DNA of 64,000 nt from Octopus vulgaris. Its lineage: Eukaryota. Location: the NCBI GenBank assembly GCA_951406725.2, contig OX597821.1, forward strand, positions 78,802,001-78,866,000. The letters run 5' to 3'. Shown one piece after another: positions 27,420 to 42,770 of the stretch. The notes under the pieces are model-generated. The model saw only the letters and a list, made by a program, of their open reading frames with translations, was not told the origin of the DNA and ran no database searches. Within the stretch, counting starts at the first letter, position 1, and each line of letters opens with the position of its first letter. Position numbers and translations under genes: made by a program.

Positions 27420-29310
27420 TTTTTTTTTCTTCTTTCAAATTTGCTTCCATTTCTTGCCGAGTGTCTTCCCGACTCCTAGGGCAAAGAAACTCATAGAGCT
27501 TTGAACTTTGACAGCCTAATGTTGTTGTTTAACCACAAGTTTGATTGGCTCTTAATTGAGTAGCAATTTTCATTGAATACATTATTGCAATCATTATCAT
27601 CTCGTTTTTGTTTTCGGACAGTGTTCACTATGCAAATATGTAGGCCATTAAACCAAACTCAGTAGTTCGTTCATTTTTTTTTTTTTTTTTTTTTTTTTTA
27701 AGTTAAATTAAAATACATGAGCAGCAACAGTTCTCACATCGACAATGCTCTTCTCAATACGTGTGATGTACCAGTTAAGACAATCTTTTGCACTTCTTGC
27801 AGGGATGGTAAGCCAGGGATCATTCTCATATAATTTTCGGTTCCCTTCTTGATCATTCCTAGTGCTCCTACGATCACTGGTATTGTAACCGCCTTGAGAT
27901 GCCACATTTTCTCAATTTCAATGAGTAGGTCTTTATATTTTCTGAGCTTGTCAAACTCTTTCGCTGAGATATTATGATCACAGGGGATGCTCATGTCGAT
28001 CAATAAGCAAACTTTATTGTTTTGGTCTTTCACAACAATATCTGGTTTATTGGCCTTGATGGTTCGGTCTGTATGTACTGGAAAGTCCCACAGAATGGTT
28101 ACATTTTCTCCTTCAGTTACAGCCTGAGAGTGGTGATTATACCACTTGTCGGCAGTTTTGATATTGTAATGCCGACTTATTAGCCAGTGGAGATATTGGC
28201 CAACTCTGTCATGTCTTAATTTATACTCCACTGGTGCTAAGACTTTACATCCAGAGATTAGGTGGTCCACTGTTTCAATCATGTCGTTGCAGAATCGGCA
28301 TTTTGGGTCTGCTCCATTTTTCATCACATTGGCCTGGTAGTTCCGGGTTAATAGGCTTTGGTCTTGAGCAGCCAGGATGAAACCTTCGTTCTCTGCTTTT
28401 AGCCCTGAGCTCCGCAGCCACTGATGGGTTTGCTTCTGGTCAACATCAGCTTGTTTGCTGCGGGTCACATATTTGCCGTGCAGAGGTTTCTCCTCCCACC
28501 TATCAGCCAATTGCTCGTGCGCTTTTTTCGTTGCCATTGCAACAATAGTTGCCGTACTTCCCTCGGGTTGTTCAGTTTGGGTATCCTGCACGAGATCAAT
28601 AGCAAATTTTTTGCTTTCCTTGATGATAGAATGAAGCTTCTTTTGTCTCTCGTGATTTTCCACGAGCTTTAGCATCCAGTCATTCGATATTTCGAGATAT
28701 TTGGCCAGTCCAATTGTGGTTGTTTTGTAAGCTAGTTCAAATTGGATCAGGCCTCGACCTCCTTGGGCTCTGGGAAGGTAAAGGCGATCTACGTCTGCCT
28801 TTGGGTGGTGCATCCTATTACAACTCAGCAGCTTGCGTATTTTTCTATCTATATTCTTTACTTCACTCATATTCCAGTTCAACACATTGTAGCTATAAGT
28901 AACAACTGGAACTGCTAAGGAATTTATAGCTAACACCTTGTTACGTGCATTTAGTTCAGATTTCAGGACTGCACGAACTCTCCTATAACATTCCTTCCTG
29001 ATTTTCTCTTTCATGCTTGCATGCTGAATACCAGAGCCTTCATTTATCCCTAAATATTTGTATGTTTGTTCTTGCTCAAGCTCTCTTATGACTGTGTCAA
29101 CATCTAACACGACTGAATTTGTGGTCTTCACTTTCTCTTTCTGGAAAGTGGCCTTGGCACACTTCTCAAGTCCAAACTCCATCCCGATGTCATCGCTGAA
29201 TGCTTTCACGGTGCGCAATAGGCCTTCAAGTTCATTATTGTCTTTACCATAGAGTTTTAAGTCATCCATATAAAATAGATGGCTTATTTTTTTATTGGCA
29301 ATTTTATTGG
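27420..29310 (-). mobile_element. R4/Dong-like RLE non-LTR retrotransposon, 5'-truncated, in (TAA)n
   Basis: 511-aa ORF from YMDD through CCHC (CRFC..ETVDHLISGC), RHD and the PD..D..K restriction-like endonuclease; (TTA)n on both sides. Confidence 0.95.
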
Positions 29311-29347
29311 CAATAATTTATTATTATTATTATTGTTATTATTATTA

Positions 29348-29391
<44 letters not shown>

Positions 29392-29401
29392 ATTATTATC
29401 A

Positions 29402-29560
29402 AGGCGGTGAGCTGGAAGAATCGTTAGCACGCCTTTCACTATGTTCTGCGTTCAAATTCCGCCTAGGTCGACTTTCCCATTAATACTTCGAGGTTGATAA
29501 ATTAAGTATCAGTGCAATACTGGGGTCGATGTTATCGACTTAATCCCCACCAAGCTACTC
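29402..29560 (+). mobile_element. SINE fragment
   Basis: ggcggtgagctggaagaatcgttagcacgcc..gttcaaattccgcc head. Confidence 0.65.
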
Positions 29561-29579
29561 TTGTGGCAGAAATTATTAT

Positions 29580-30124
29580 TGGGTGAGAGAGCAGTACATG
29601 CCATCAAAGTGACACTGGGGTAAAATATACGAAGCCCAGTATACCCATCATGACTACACGTCTGATAAGGGTACACCAGGCACATGCATCACAACCATAT
29701 GTGCGCGACATGGTGATCTCATAACAAGATAAACAGTGCATGACCTCGCAGGTGGGGCCCAGTTAGAATTTTCTTCTGATCGAGTAACCCATCTTGTTCA
29801 AAAGGTCTCTGAATAAGGATTGTTTAAGGATGTTGAACGAAACACCCATGTTTCCAAAGGTGAATTATCCAAACCTCTAAGAATTCCTTTCAACACACGA
29901 CTATGATGCTCCCCCACTACTTCTGCTGGTAATCAGAGATGCACACTAAGTGACATGCTCAAATGGTTAAGGACGATCAACTGACAAGCAAATCTGTGGT
30001 ATTAAGTAGAATATTTGCTATTGTCCATCTTTTATACCAAGACAAAACAATGTACATGATAACACTTCTAATCAGTTAAGATCAGAAGCCATGAGAGCCA
30101 CTGTCTGGTACTGCATCAGGACAT

Positions 30125-30127
<3 letters not shown>
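29580..30127 (+). mobile_element. ~550-bp non-coding interspersed repeat abutting trinucleotide microsatellites
   Basis: Other copies at 31910-32260 and ~8900-9250. Confidence 0.75.
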
Positions 30128-30165
<38 letters not shown>

Positions 30166-30225
30166 GTCATCATCATCATCATCATCATCATCACCATCAC
30201 CATCATTATTACCATTACCACCACC

Positions 30226-30299
<74 letters not shown>

Positions 30300-30327
30300 A
30301 ATTATTATTATTATTATTATTATTATT
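30128..30327. repeat. (ATC)n/(ACC)n/(TTA)n compound microsatellite
   Basis: Directly visible. Confidence 0.95.
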
Positions 30328-31620
30328 GTCTTTTTTCAATTTTGCTTCCATATCTTGCCGGGTGTCTTCCCGACACCTAGGGCAAAGAAACTCACTGTTT
30401 ACTTTGGTATAGCATTAAAATAGGCTCGCAAGATTGTTTATTTACAAAATTATGTGATAGATAAAAGGGGACGAAAGACAAAGAGGAAAAGGAAATAAGA
30501 AAGCAAGTAAAGGTTTTTCCAGTTAGTCTTTACACGGTTGATATATTTTAGTATTGTTGGAGCTGCTTTCTTTTAGTGGAGAGATTATTTTCTTTTCGTG
30601 TTGCATTATTATAAATATAGTAGTCTTCTACTTTTTGTTTCTAAGTATGTTTCTAGTCCAGCCGTTGTTATTTTATAATAGTTCTGTATCTGTATCAGGA
30701 CACGGCCTCCTTCTGAGCTGGGTAGATATATTCTTTCTGCGTCTGATTTGGCGTGCTGACTTAGGTATGCTGTTAATATTTTTCTGGTGTTCCTATCTAA
30801 GGTTTTCGATTCATTGAGTTTCCAGCGTTTTGCGTTGAAGCTGTAATTTATGACTGGAATGGTTAGTGTGTTTATCCCTATTATCTTATCTTTAGCAATG
30901 CGTTCATTGTTTAATATTAGTCTAACCCTTCTACAGTATTTTGTCATAATTTTCTCTTTCATTACTGAGTGTTGTGTTTTAGCTGTTTCGTTTATTCCTA
31001 TATATGTATACAGTCATTTCAATGTGTGCAGTCCTTTCGAGTGCAATCCTTTCAATGCTGATTAATTTGTCTCTTCTCAGTGTCACTTGGACCCTTTTGT
31101 CCACCCCATGCGCATCTCGATATCCTTACTGAAACTATGGGCAATTTTTAGTAGGGGATTCTGTTTTCAAGGTTTTTAGGGAAAAGTTTTAAATTATCTA
31201 TGTGTAGCAGATGTTTTATTGTTTGACCATCGCATCTATAACACATGGTAGTTTCATTTTAACAAGTTTGATAGCGGGGTCAGAGCCAAGCAGAAAACGA
31301 GGAATGACAGCGGTCTGCTTTGAACCATCCATCTTCCAGTGGATATAGAGTAGGTTTTAATGGCTTGTGATTAATTTTCAGGGTTATACTGGTTTTCCAG
31401 TTTACCATTGTATGTATGATATATTTTAGTAGTATGGAGTAGCTACTTTATTTGTGTGGAAAAATTCCAGGATCAATGAGTGTAGAACACTGTTGAATAC
31501 CTTTCGGTAATCGATCCAAGACATGTTCATGTTTGTTTTTCTCCTCTTACAGTCCACTATAATGGTTCAGTGTACTAAGCGTTGCTGCCTCTATTGCTTA
31601 AATTGTTGTAGAGGCATATC
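30328..31620 (-). mobile_element. Old degenerate R4/Dong-like LINE
   Basis: ORF 30609-30962 is homologous to the RLE LINE thumb region; same 3' UTR motif (tttctttgccctagg..gggaagacac). Confidence 0.85.
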
Positions 31621-31868
31621 ACATTTACATTTTTCGCACGTGCGTTGCTGTAACTACGTGCCTGGCAGCAACTATGAGAGAGGTATTTCGAGGTCGTGAA
31701 ATGACTACTATTAAGAAAGAATTTTCTTTCATTTCTTGCCGTTTCTTACATTCTAAGTGGCGAGGATAACAGGGAGCTCGCTCGTGCACATCCATAATTT
31801 TTAATATTCGCTGCGGCGCATACTTAATTCGCATATTCATTCGCTGTGGAGTATGTTGTTGTTATTAA

Positions 31869-31909
<41 letters not shown>

Positions 31910-31911
<2 letters not shown>

Positions 31912-32260
31912 GAGTGAGAGAGCAGCACATGCCGTCAAAGTCACGCTGGGGTGCAAATATATGAAAACTAATGTACCCATTATGACTACCCGTCTGGTAA
32001 GGGTAGAGCAGGTATATGCATCCCAACCATATGTACGTGACATGGTGGTGATCTCATATCACGATAAACAATGCATGGCCTTCAAGTCGAGTAGCCCATC
32101 CCGTTCAAAAGATCCCTGAATAAGGTTTGTTTTAAGGATTATGAACAAAACGCACATATTTCCAGTGGTGTATCATTCAAACCCCTAAAAATTCCTCTCA
32201 ACACAGCTGTTTCTCTCCCACTCAATCTTCTCGTGGTCAGAGATACAAATATCAGAGAGA
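31910..32260 (+). mobile_element. Copy of the ~550-bp repeat (partial)
   Basis: Aligns to 29580-29950; starts at a (TTA)n boundary. Confidence 0.75.
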
Positions 32261-33053
32261 GGTTCACAATTTAAACCAGTTTCACTTGTGCATCTGAAAA
32301 CTTAATTTATGTAATAACCTGCTCGGGTCGTGGACAACACTATATTGAACAGATGAGTATGACTTTGAGACGGAGAACCACTCTTCACAAGGAGCAGAAC
32401 CGGTTCCCGTAATACAGACAAATTTCTATAAGGGAACACATAGAGAAATGTGCAGGTAACATCAAACTAAATTTCACTGTTTTCCCTTTCTACCAGTGCA
32501 AAGACACACTTTCTCTACACGAATGTTTAAATAAACTATTTTCATCGAAAAATACAGAGCGCGCCTAAATTCGCACGCACAAGCAACTTTGATCGCTTTA
32601 CATATTTTAATACATGATTACATCACTACATATATCTCCCCACTAAACTAGTTTTCGAATTTTTTTATATATATACAGGTATAAGTTAGAGGTGTTTAAA
32701 GCATGTAAGGGCTAGATATATCCAAATGCACTCCTGGTAATTGCCTTAGTAGGTATAGTCATTGGTAAAAGGCATACGGCAGCAGGTAATTTGGCGAGTA
32801 AGCCGTAGTTTAATTGATACTGGCGATAAGAAAATGGAGGAAAATAAGAAGTGTGTCTTTTGCACTAGGAAGCAATTATCATATTTACCCCCTACCGAAA
32901 GATGAACGGTTATCTCCCCTGCCCATAATAATAACAGCAATAATAACGATAACCGATTAGTTTTGTACTTGTTGAATCATTCGCTCACAAAATTCATACA
33001 CAACATGGGCCAAAAAAGATCTTAAGAAAATACGTATTTAAATGAATCAGAAT

Positions 33054-33084
33054 GTCATGAATGGCGAAAGCGAAACCGGTTGAC
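33054..33084 (+). ncRNA. Ultra-minimal hammerhead-like motif with A3-U8 core (and A9G)
   Basis: gtc ATGAATG gc-gaaa-gc GAAA ccgg TT gac. Confidence 0.55.
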
Positions 33085-33915
33085 TAACACAATACAAGAT
33101 ATATTTAAAATTATATTAAAGCTATTTCAAATTTGTGCATTTTCCTTCCTTAATTTCTTACATATACATACATAATGAAAAATATACCTTGTGTATAGGA
33201 CATCCCCAACGAGTGATAAATATGTAAATACACAAGTAATAAGTACACGACAAAATGCAAAAACATATATATATACAATAAGTACAAGACATAACCGAGG
33301 GAAAATATGTAAACACACGAGAGACAAGTACAGGACAAAATACTAAAACAAGATAACTACTCATCAGTTGTCGAACATTTTATTACTCCCATTTCACGCT
33401 TTTAACGATAATGTAGGGAACTTCATAAGATAGCAGTATCTAGAAATTTGAAAAATATAAAATTGCTGGAGAGTTAGAGCTTCGAACGAACAAACAACGA
33501 CAAAGTCGACGTACAGAGTAAACAATCGGCGAAGACAAACATTAAGGGCTGTTAGGCCAAGACGCATTGTAATGAATAATGGATACCTGAGATAATTTTT
33601 TTCGAGGAGATAAAATAATAGAAGAGAAGAAAATAGTAGAATAGGAAAATTAGAAATGAAGAAAATAGTAGAAGAAAAAATGTAGAAGAACTGTCGGGAG
33701 TCGAGGAAAATGACATCCAATCCGGTGAAAGTCTTGTCCAGAAAAGGAATAAGCAATAGAAATTGCCTGTAATCACATGTGAGTAACAGAAGCAGAAAGC
33801 AAGGGAAAGGATGGGAGAAAGAAACAAAAGAAATGAGGGAAATTGGGAAGGAACGACGGATAGTTGGGAGTGTAAGAAAGACAGATAGGTTATAGTGGGA
33901 TAGAAAGAAAGAAAA

Positions 33916-33974
<59 letters not shown>

Positions 33975-34037
33975 CAGAGGGTGATCACAGAAATTACATA
34001 TAAAAATATAAATTCACTGTCATCAAGACTGCGGTGC

Positions 34038-34069
<32 letters not shown>

Positions 34070-34149
34070 GCCATAGAAACACTAATATGACCCAGTTTAG
34101 CAACAGGGAAAAATAACTCTCAAAGACTGGAACATCTACAATACCTCGT

Positions 34150-35095
34150 GAGTATTTAAAATTCTCTTCAAAATAAGTTGGGAAATTTAAAATTTACATA
34201 TCTGCAGTTTTCAAACATACATCCGATCGGCTTTAAAAACTTTAATACCCACAACTGCCTCTGTAAGCACCCTTTTTTTTTTCTTCTCTCTAAAAACTTC
34301 ACGCTTTTCTTTTTGTGGACTTGCAAAACCCTAAAACTTTCTATGAAAATCTGACTTTTCTTTGGCTTCCTCCCTGAATATTCAAATATAAATGTAAACA
34401 TATACTTTTTATTGCAAAGACGCACCTGTTCTTCTAGCTGGACATACAAACATCTCTAGAAGGGTCATCTTCGGCCTCCACAATATTACCTTGCACGAAG
34501 TGTACAAACACTTTTATTGCAATAACACAAACGCACATGGAAAGGGTAATGATGCTGAGATTCTCTCTAGTCGAGCACAACTTCTCTATTCACAAATAGT
34601 ACAGAGCAGCCCTTCAAAATAAGTTGAGAAATTTACAAATTTACATATCTACAGTTTTCAATCATACATTCGACCAGCTTTAGAAACTTTAATACCCACA
34701 ATTGCCTCTGTAAACATCCTTTTTTTTTTCTTTTTTTTCTTTTTTCTATTTTCTTTTTCTTCTCTCTAAAAACATCACGCTTTTCTTTTTTGTGGACTTA
34801 CAAAGCCCTAAATCTTTCTATGAAAATCTGACTTTTCTTTGCTTCCTCCCTGAATATTCAAATATAAATGTAAACATATACTTTTTATTGCAAAAACACA
34901 CCTGTTCTTCTAACTGGACATACAAACAACTCGAGAAAAGTCAACTTCAACCTCCACAATATTACCTTACACGAAATATACAAACACTTTTTAACTCAAT
35001 AACACAAACGCACATGGAAAAAAAAATAATGATGCTAAGATTCTCTCTGGTCGGACACAACTTCTCTATTCACAAACAATACAGAACAGCCCTTC
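34150..35095 (+). repeat. Tandem direct duplication of a ~465-bp unit
   Basis: 34165-34612 aligns to 34612-35095. Confidence 0.9.
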
Positions 35096-35689
35096 CTTAA
35101 TTTTTCTTAAGGCTAATAGTAGTAAACATTTGAACTTTTTTTGACCGATAGGACCCCACCTAAAAAAAATATCACTGATGGTGATGGTGATGATGGTGAT
35201 GATGATGATAATAATGATAGTAATAGTGCTGATAATCTATTTATCTATCTACACATACACACACACTCAAAGAATTCAACCAACACAAACCTCACCTCGG
35301 CTCTATTGTTAACCAAATATGAAAGTATTATTTGACAGGCAAGAACTCTGGCGTTGAAGACAGTCAGCCAGCCAACCACCAAGCCAGCCAACGAGACAGA
35401 CAGACACTACTGTGATGGTGATAATGATAAAAAACAAAAATAACGATAATAAGATACTGCAGGACTACACATAAAACAATATCATTGATGATGATGATGA
35501 TGATGGTGATGGTGATGATGATAATGATGATGGTAATGGTGGTGATAATGATGATAGTGATAATAATGGTGATGATAATAACAATAATAAGCCGACTACG
35601 GCTGTTATAATGGTACGATTATAATTGTAACGGCAATGATGGCCGTCTCCCCACGAGCCATTCAAAGCTCAAAAATGATAACATTATTG

Positions 35690-38600
35690 TAGCACCAAAA
35701 TGTTTTTGGAGACTAAAAGGAAAACTAAATCAGTATACCAAATCGCTTGTCCTATGGTTAATCTGGAAGCGCGTCCCCCAGGGAAGAGCCAGCCTGGGAT
35801 CGAAAAGTCATCAACTGGCACAAACTCTTCTCCGAATACGAACATGGATGGTCACATGAACGGGAAATCCCCCAACTCGGGCCCTCCAAGTTCACCACCA
35901 CAACCACCACAGAAAGAAAAATGTAAGCGGAACAAATGGACCCGAGAAGAGTATAAAGAAGTAATATACGCTTATTATTATGCATTAGGTAGGCAATCTC
36001 AAGAGAGACACACCGCAAACTCTTACAGTATATGGAGAACACGGAATCAAGACAGTAGGCCCTATTTGGACGAGAACAAATTAGCAAATGTGAGAAGTTT
36101 TACAAGCAAAATAAGCTGTTCACATCCAATGCCAAAAAAATCTACAGAGAAATAGGGAAGGAGAAAGTAACCGTTAAAGACCCCCTCCCATGGAAGAAGT
36201 TCAAAACTTTTGGAAAAGGATTTGGAGTGACGAGAAGACGTACAACATAAATGCAGACTGGATTATACAAACTGAAGGATCCTACCAAAATTTACAACAA
36301 TAAGCATGGGAAGACATCACAATAGCAGACCTAAGGAAAGGCACTCACGAAGGCCCATAATTGGAAATCCCCCGGTAAAGATAGGGTGCCGAATTTCTGG
36401 CTCGCATCGCTCCCATGCGCACACGGTAAGCTAGTTCAGCTGCTCAATGGAATTATGAGAGACCCAAAGAAAACACCTGAATGGTTAGCAAGTGGTATTA
36501 CTTACCTACTCCCAAAGAATAACGAAACCAACCTTCCAAAAAACTATCGGCCTATAACCTGTCTATCCACCACGTATAAAATCCTAACATCTATCCTGGC
36601 GGAGAAAACATATGCATTCATGGAGAAGAACGATATTTTCCCCATTGAACAAAAAGGGTGCCGCCGAGGCTCTTACGGATGCAAAGATCAACTGCTAATT
36701 AATCGTATGATCCTTGAGAACTGTCACAACAAGCGCAGAAATCTCAGCTCCGCATGGATTGACTACAAAAAGGCCTTCGACAGTATACCGCATCCATGGA
36801 TCTTGTGATCGCTGGACATCTTCAAAATTTCCCCTGTGATTTCAAACTTCCTGAAGCACAATATGTCGTTGTGGAATACGAATCTCCAATTATACCACTC
36901 TAATGGAGTACTTGCCTCAGAAAATATAAACATCAACTGTGGAATTTTTCAAGGTGACTCACTTTCACCTTTAATATTCTGCATAGCCCTAATACCCCTT
37001 ACAAGTGAATTAAACAACAGGGTATGGGTATAAAATTGCCAATAAAAAAATAAGCCATCTATTTTATATGGATGACTTAAAACTCTATGGTAAAGACAAT
37101 AATGAACTTGAAGGCCTATTGCGCACTGGGAAAGCATTCAGCGATGACATCGGGATGGAGTTTGGACTTGAGAAGTGTGCCAAGGCCACTTTCCAGAAAG
37201 GGAAAGTGAAGACCACAAATTCAGTCGTGTTAGATGTTGACACAGTCATAAGAGAGCTTGAGCAAGAACAAACATACAAATATTTAGGGATAAATGAAGG
37301 CTCTGGTATTCAGCATGCAAGCATGAAAGAGAAGATCAGGAAGGAATGTTATAGGAGAGTTCGTGCAGTCCTGAAATCTGAACTAAATGCACGTAACAAG
37401 GTGTTAGCTATAAATTCCTTAGCAGTTCCAGTTGTTACTTATAGCTACAATGTGTTGAACTGGAATATGAGTGAAGTAAAGAATATAGATAGGAAAATAC
37501 GCAAGCTGCTGAGTTGTAATAAGATGCACCACGCAAAGGCAGACGTAGATCGCCTTTACCTTCCCAGAGCCCATGGAAGTCGAGGCCTGATCCAATTTGA
37601 ACTAGCTTACAAAACAACCACAATTGGACTGGCCAAATATCTCGAAATAACGAATGACTGGATGCTAAAGCTCGTGGAAAATCACGAGAGACGAAAGAAG
37701 CTTCATTCTATCATCAAGGAAAGCAAAAAATTTGCTATTGATCTCGTGCAGGATACCCAAACTGAACAACCCGAGGGAAGTACGGCAACTATTGTTGCAA
37801 TGGCAACGAAAAAAGCGCACGAGCAATTGGCTGATAGGTGGGAGGAGAAACCTCTGCACGGCAAATATGTGACCCGCAGCAAACAAGCTGATGTTGACCA
37901 GAAGCAAACCCATCAGTGGCTACGGAGCTCAGGGCTAAAAGCAGAGAGCGAAGGTTTCATCCTGGCTGCTCAAGATCAAAGCCTATTAACCCGGAACTAC
38001 CAGGCCACTGTGATGAAAAATGGAGTAGACCCAAAATGCCGATTCTGCAACGACATGATTGAAACAGTGGACCACCTAATCTCTGGATGTAAAGTCTTAG
38101 CACCAGTGGAGTATAAATTAAGACATGGCAGAGTTGGCCAATATCTACACTGGCTAATAAGTCGGCATTACAATATCAAAACTGCCGACAAGTGGTATAA
38201 TCACCACCCTCAGGCTGTAACTGAAGGAGAAAATGTAACCATTCTGTGGGACTTTCCAGTACATACAGACCGAACCATCAAGGCCAATAAACCAGATATT
38301 GTTGTGAAAGACCAAAACAATAAAGTTTGCTTATTGATCGACATGAGCATCCCCTGTGATCATAATATCTCAGCGAAAGAGTTTGACAAGCTCAGAAAAT
38401 ATAAAGACCTACTCATTGAAATTGAGAAAATGTGGCATCTCAAGGCGGTTACAATACCAGTGATCGTAGGAGCACTAGGAATGATCAAGAAGGGAACCGA
38501 AAATTATATGAGAATGATCCTGGCTTACCATCCCTGCAAGAAGTGCAAAAGATTGTCTTAACTGGTACATCACACGTATTGAGAAGAACATTGTCGATCT

Positions 38601-38794
38601 GAGAACTGTTGCTACTCATGTATTTTAATTTAACTTAAAAAAAAAAATTAAAAAAAATTTTTTTTTTTTTTAAATGAACGAACTATTGAGTTTGGTTTAA
38701 TGGCCTACCAATGTATACTATGAGTTTCTTTGCCCTAGGAGTCGGGAAGACACTCGGCAAGAAATGGAAGCAAATTTGAAAGAAGAAAAAAAAA

Positions 38795-38795
<1 letters not shown>
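35690..38795 (+). mobile_element. R4/Dong-like RLE LINE, near full length with internal deletion and frameshifts
   Basis: N-terminal KWTREEY region, RT (NYRPITCL, EQKGC, WIDYKKAFDS, GIFQGDSLSP, YMDD), CCHC and RLE; followed by (TAA)n; nearly identical to 27420-29310. Confidence 0.95.
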
Positions 38796-38846
<51 letters not shown>

Positions 38847-39237
38847 CCAACATGATTATGCAGAATCAGTGTCGTGACGGGAACGCATGTGTTGGGAGAT
38901 TGACCGGCAGACGTGATCAGGTTGCACATGCTTGCCCTTTAGAAACAACCACCCCCACCATCTAACTCCACTTGGCCCGTGTGGTGGGAGCCCTTCCAGC
39001 AAGGAAAATAGAACGCCCAAAAGGGTTCCCGATCCTCTGTGTCAGAAGAGGTTATGCTCGGATTACAACTATATCTTAACCTAAGCCTAAGTTAACTAGC
39101 GAAAAGGGGCTCAGAAGCTTCTGAAACGCAGCGACTAACCTCAATCTAGACCTAACCCCACTGCACTGGAAAAGGTTGCCTTGGAGATCTTCATCGAAGA
39201 TCTGCATTGGAGAAGGTTGCATCAAATGTTTGCAAGC

Positions 39238-39302
<65 letters not shown>

Positions 39303-39339
39303 CAAAAATTGTGAAGCATGACCGTCACCAATACGACAC

Positions 39340-39382
39340 GAACCTGAAGATTGCAGAATTTAATGCATGAAAGTACTAGTTC
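39340..39382 (+). ncRNA. Minimal type-I hammerhead ribozyme
   Basis: gaac CTGAAGA ttgca-gaatttaa-tgcat GAAA gtac TA gttc. Confidence 0.75.
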
Positions 39383-39875
39383 AATCAGAATTAACATTTA
39401 ACATTCTATTATTTTATTTTATTTTATTATATTATATTATATTATATTATATCATTATAAGATTTAAATAAAACGTGAAAATCAGACAAGGTTGGAATTC
39501 CTTTCATTAATATATATGTATATATACAATATCACATTCTCTACTATATATATATATTTAATAACGAACCATGTAATTCACAATCTGGAAATTTTATTTC
39601 TGTAAAATGTTGGGAGTGGGTAAAATTTCCGAGGCTTAACTCTCACCCCACCCTGTTTTCGGATCTCAAAAACTGTTTTGTAGCACATTAGGAGGTCACA
39701 GGAATTCATTCAACGAAGAAAATTCCAATGATTCCGGGATGACACCGATTATTAATACCATAATTACCTAAATAAAATTTATCATAATTCTTAATGTTAG
39801 GTTTATTATTATAAATATCATAGGAATCATTTATATTATAATCTTTTATATTATAATTATATTTACAATTATTAA

Positions 39876-40033
39876 GAGTGGCTGTGTGGTAAGTAGCTTG
39901 TTTACCAATCACAAGGTTCCGGGTTCAGGCCCACTGCGTGGCACCTTGGGCAAGTGTCTTCTACTATAGCCTCGGGCCGATCAAAGCCTTGTGAGTGGAT
40001 TTGGTAGACGGAAACTGAAAGAAGCCCGTCGTA

Positions 40034-40073
<40 letters not shown>

Positions 40074-40280
40074 TGTGTGTGTTTGTGTGTCTGTGTTTGT
40101 CCCCCTAGCATTGCTTGACAACCGATGCTGGTGTGTTTATGTCCCCGTCACTTAGCGGTTCGGCAAAAGAGACCGATAGAATAAGTACTGGGCTTACAAA
40201 AGAATAAGTCCCGGGGTCGAGTTGCTCGATTAAAGGCGGTGCTCCAGCATGGCCGCAGTCAAATGACTGAAACGATAAAG
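39876..40280 (+). mobile_element. tRNA-derived SINE with internal (TA)n(TG)n
   Basis: A box tggctgtgtggtaag, B-box-like ggttcaggcc; several copies in the window. Confidence 0.9.
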
Positions 40281-40491
40281 ACTAAAGGGAAAAGAGATAT
40301 CCCCCCACAAGGCTTCATTATAGTAAGGTGCGTGTTTTTGGAAAATCTCTAAATTAGAAGAGAGCATCGATATTGTTTTACCTATATTATCTATCAACGA
40401 TTTCTTAATTGAGGGAGGTTGATTAATATTAGCATTAATATATCTAAGGTTTTCCTTAATTTTGTGGAATGTTTGGGTTTTACCTGTTATT

Positions 40492-40536
<45 letters not shown>

Positions 40537-40565
40537 TGTGGTTATCCCCGACTCAACCCGGGACC

Positions 40566-40675
<110 letters not shown>

Positions 40676-40676
40676 C

Positions 40677-40750
<74 letters not shown>

Positions 40751-40761
40751 GTATATATATA

Positions 40762-42127
<1,366 letters not shown>

Positions 42128-42596
42128 TTTATGAATTTGTTCACCACTTGTTTATTATTGTTTATCATTGTTCTTATTTTATGTCTGGGAATCATTCATC
42201 ATGTACCTCTGACCTCCGTCCCAGGCATCTCCCCCTGTTCCATGTAATCCATTTTGTTTTACTATGGTGTGCATCCTCATCTATCATACGTTTGTGTCTC
42301 TATCTGTGCATGCGTGAGAGTGTGCGCGCGTGTTTATGTATTTTGTATGTCATTGGTGTGTGTGTGTATGTATGTATGGGTTTGCTTACTATAGTGCTTG
42401 TATCAGTGCCCTTTGTATAGTTTTCCCCTTTCATCTTAAGTATGTGTACGTGTGCCTTTTTGTTTGTGTATATGGTTTTATGTATTATACTATTTGTATC
42501 TACTTCATTTTCTCCTATTCTGTATTTAGTCGTCATGTTGTGTAATGTGGTTGTGGTGATGATGGTGGGTGTTATTCCTTCATTCGTGATTATAAC

Positions 42597-42702
<106 letters not shown>

Positions 42703-42770
42703 GGGGTGACTCTATGTGTATGTCTCTTTTTATAAATCTATCTAGCAATACATTTATATATTTTTTTCAG

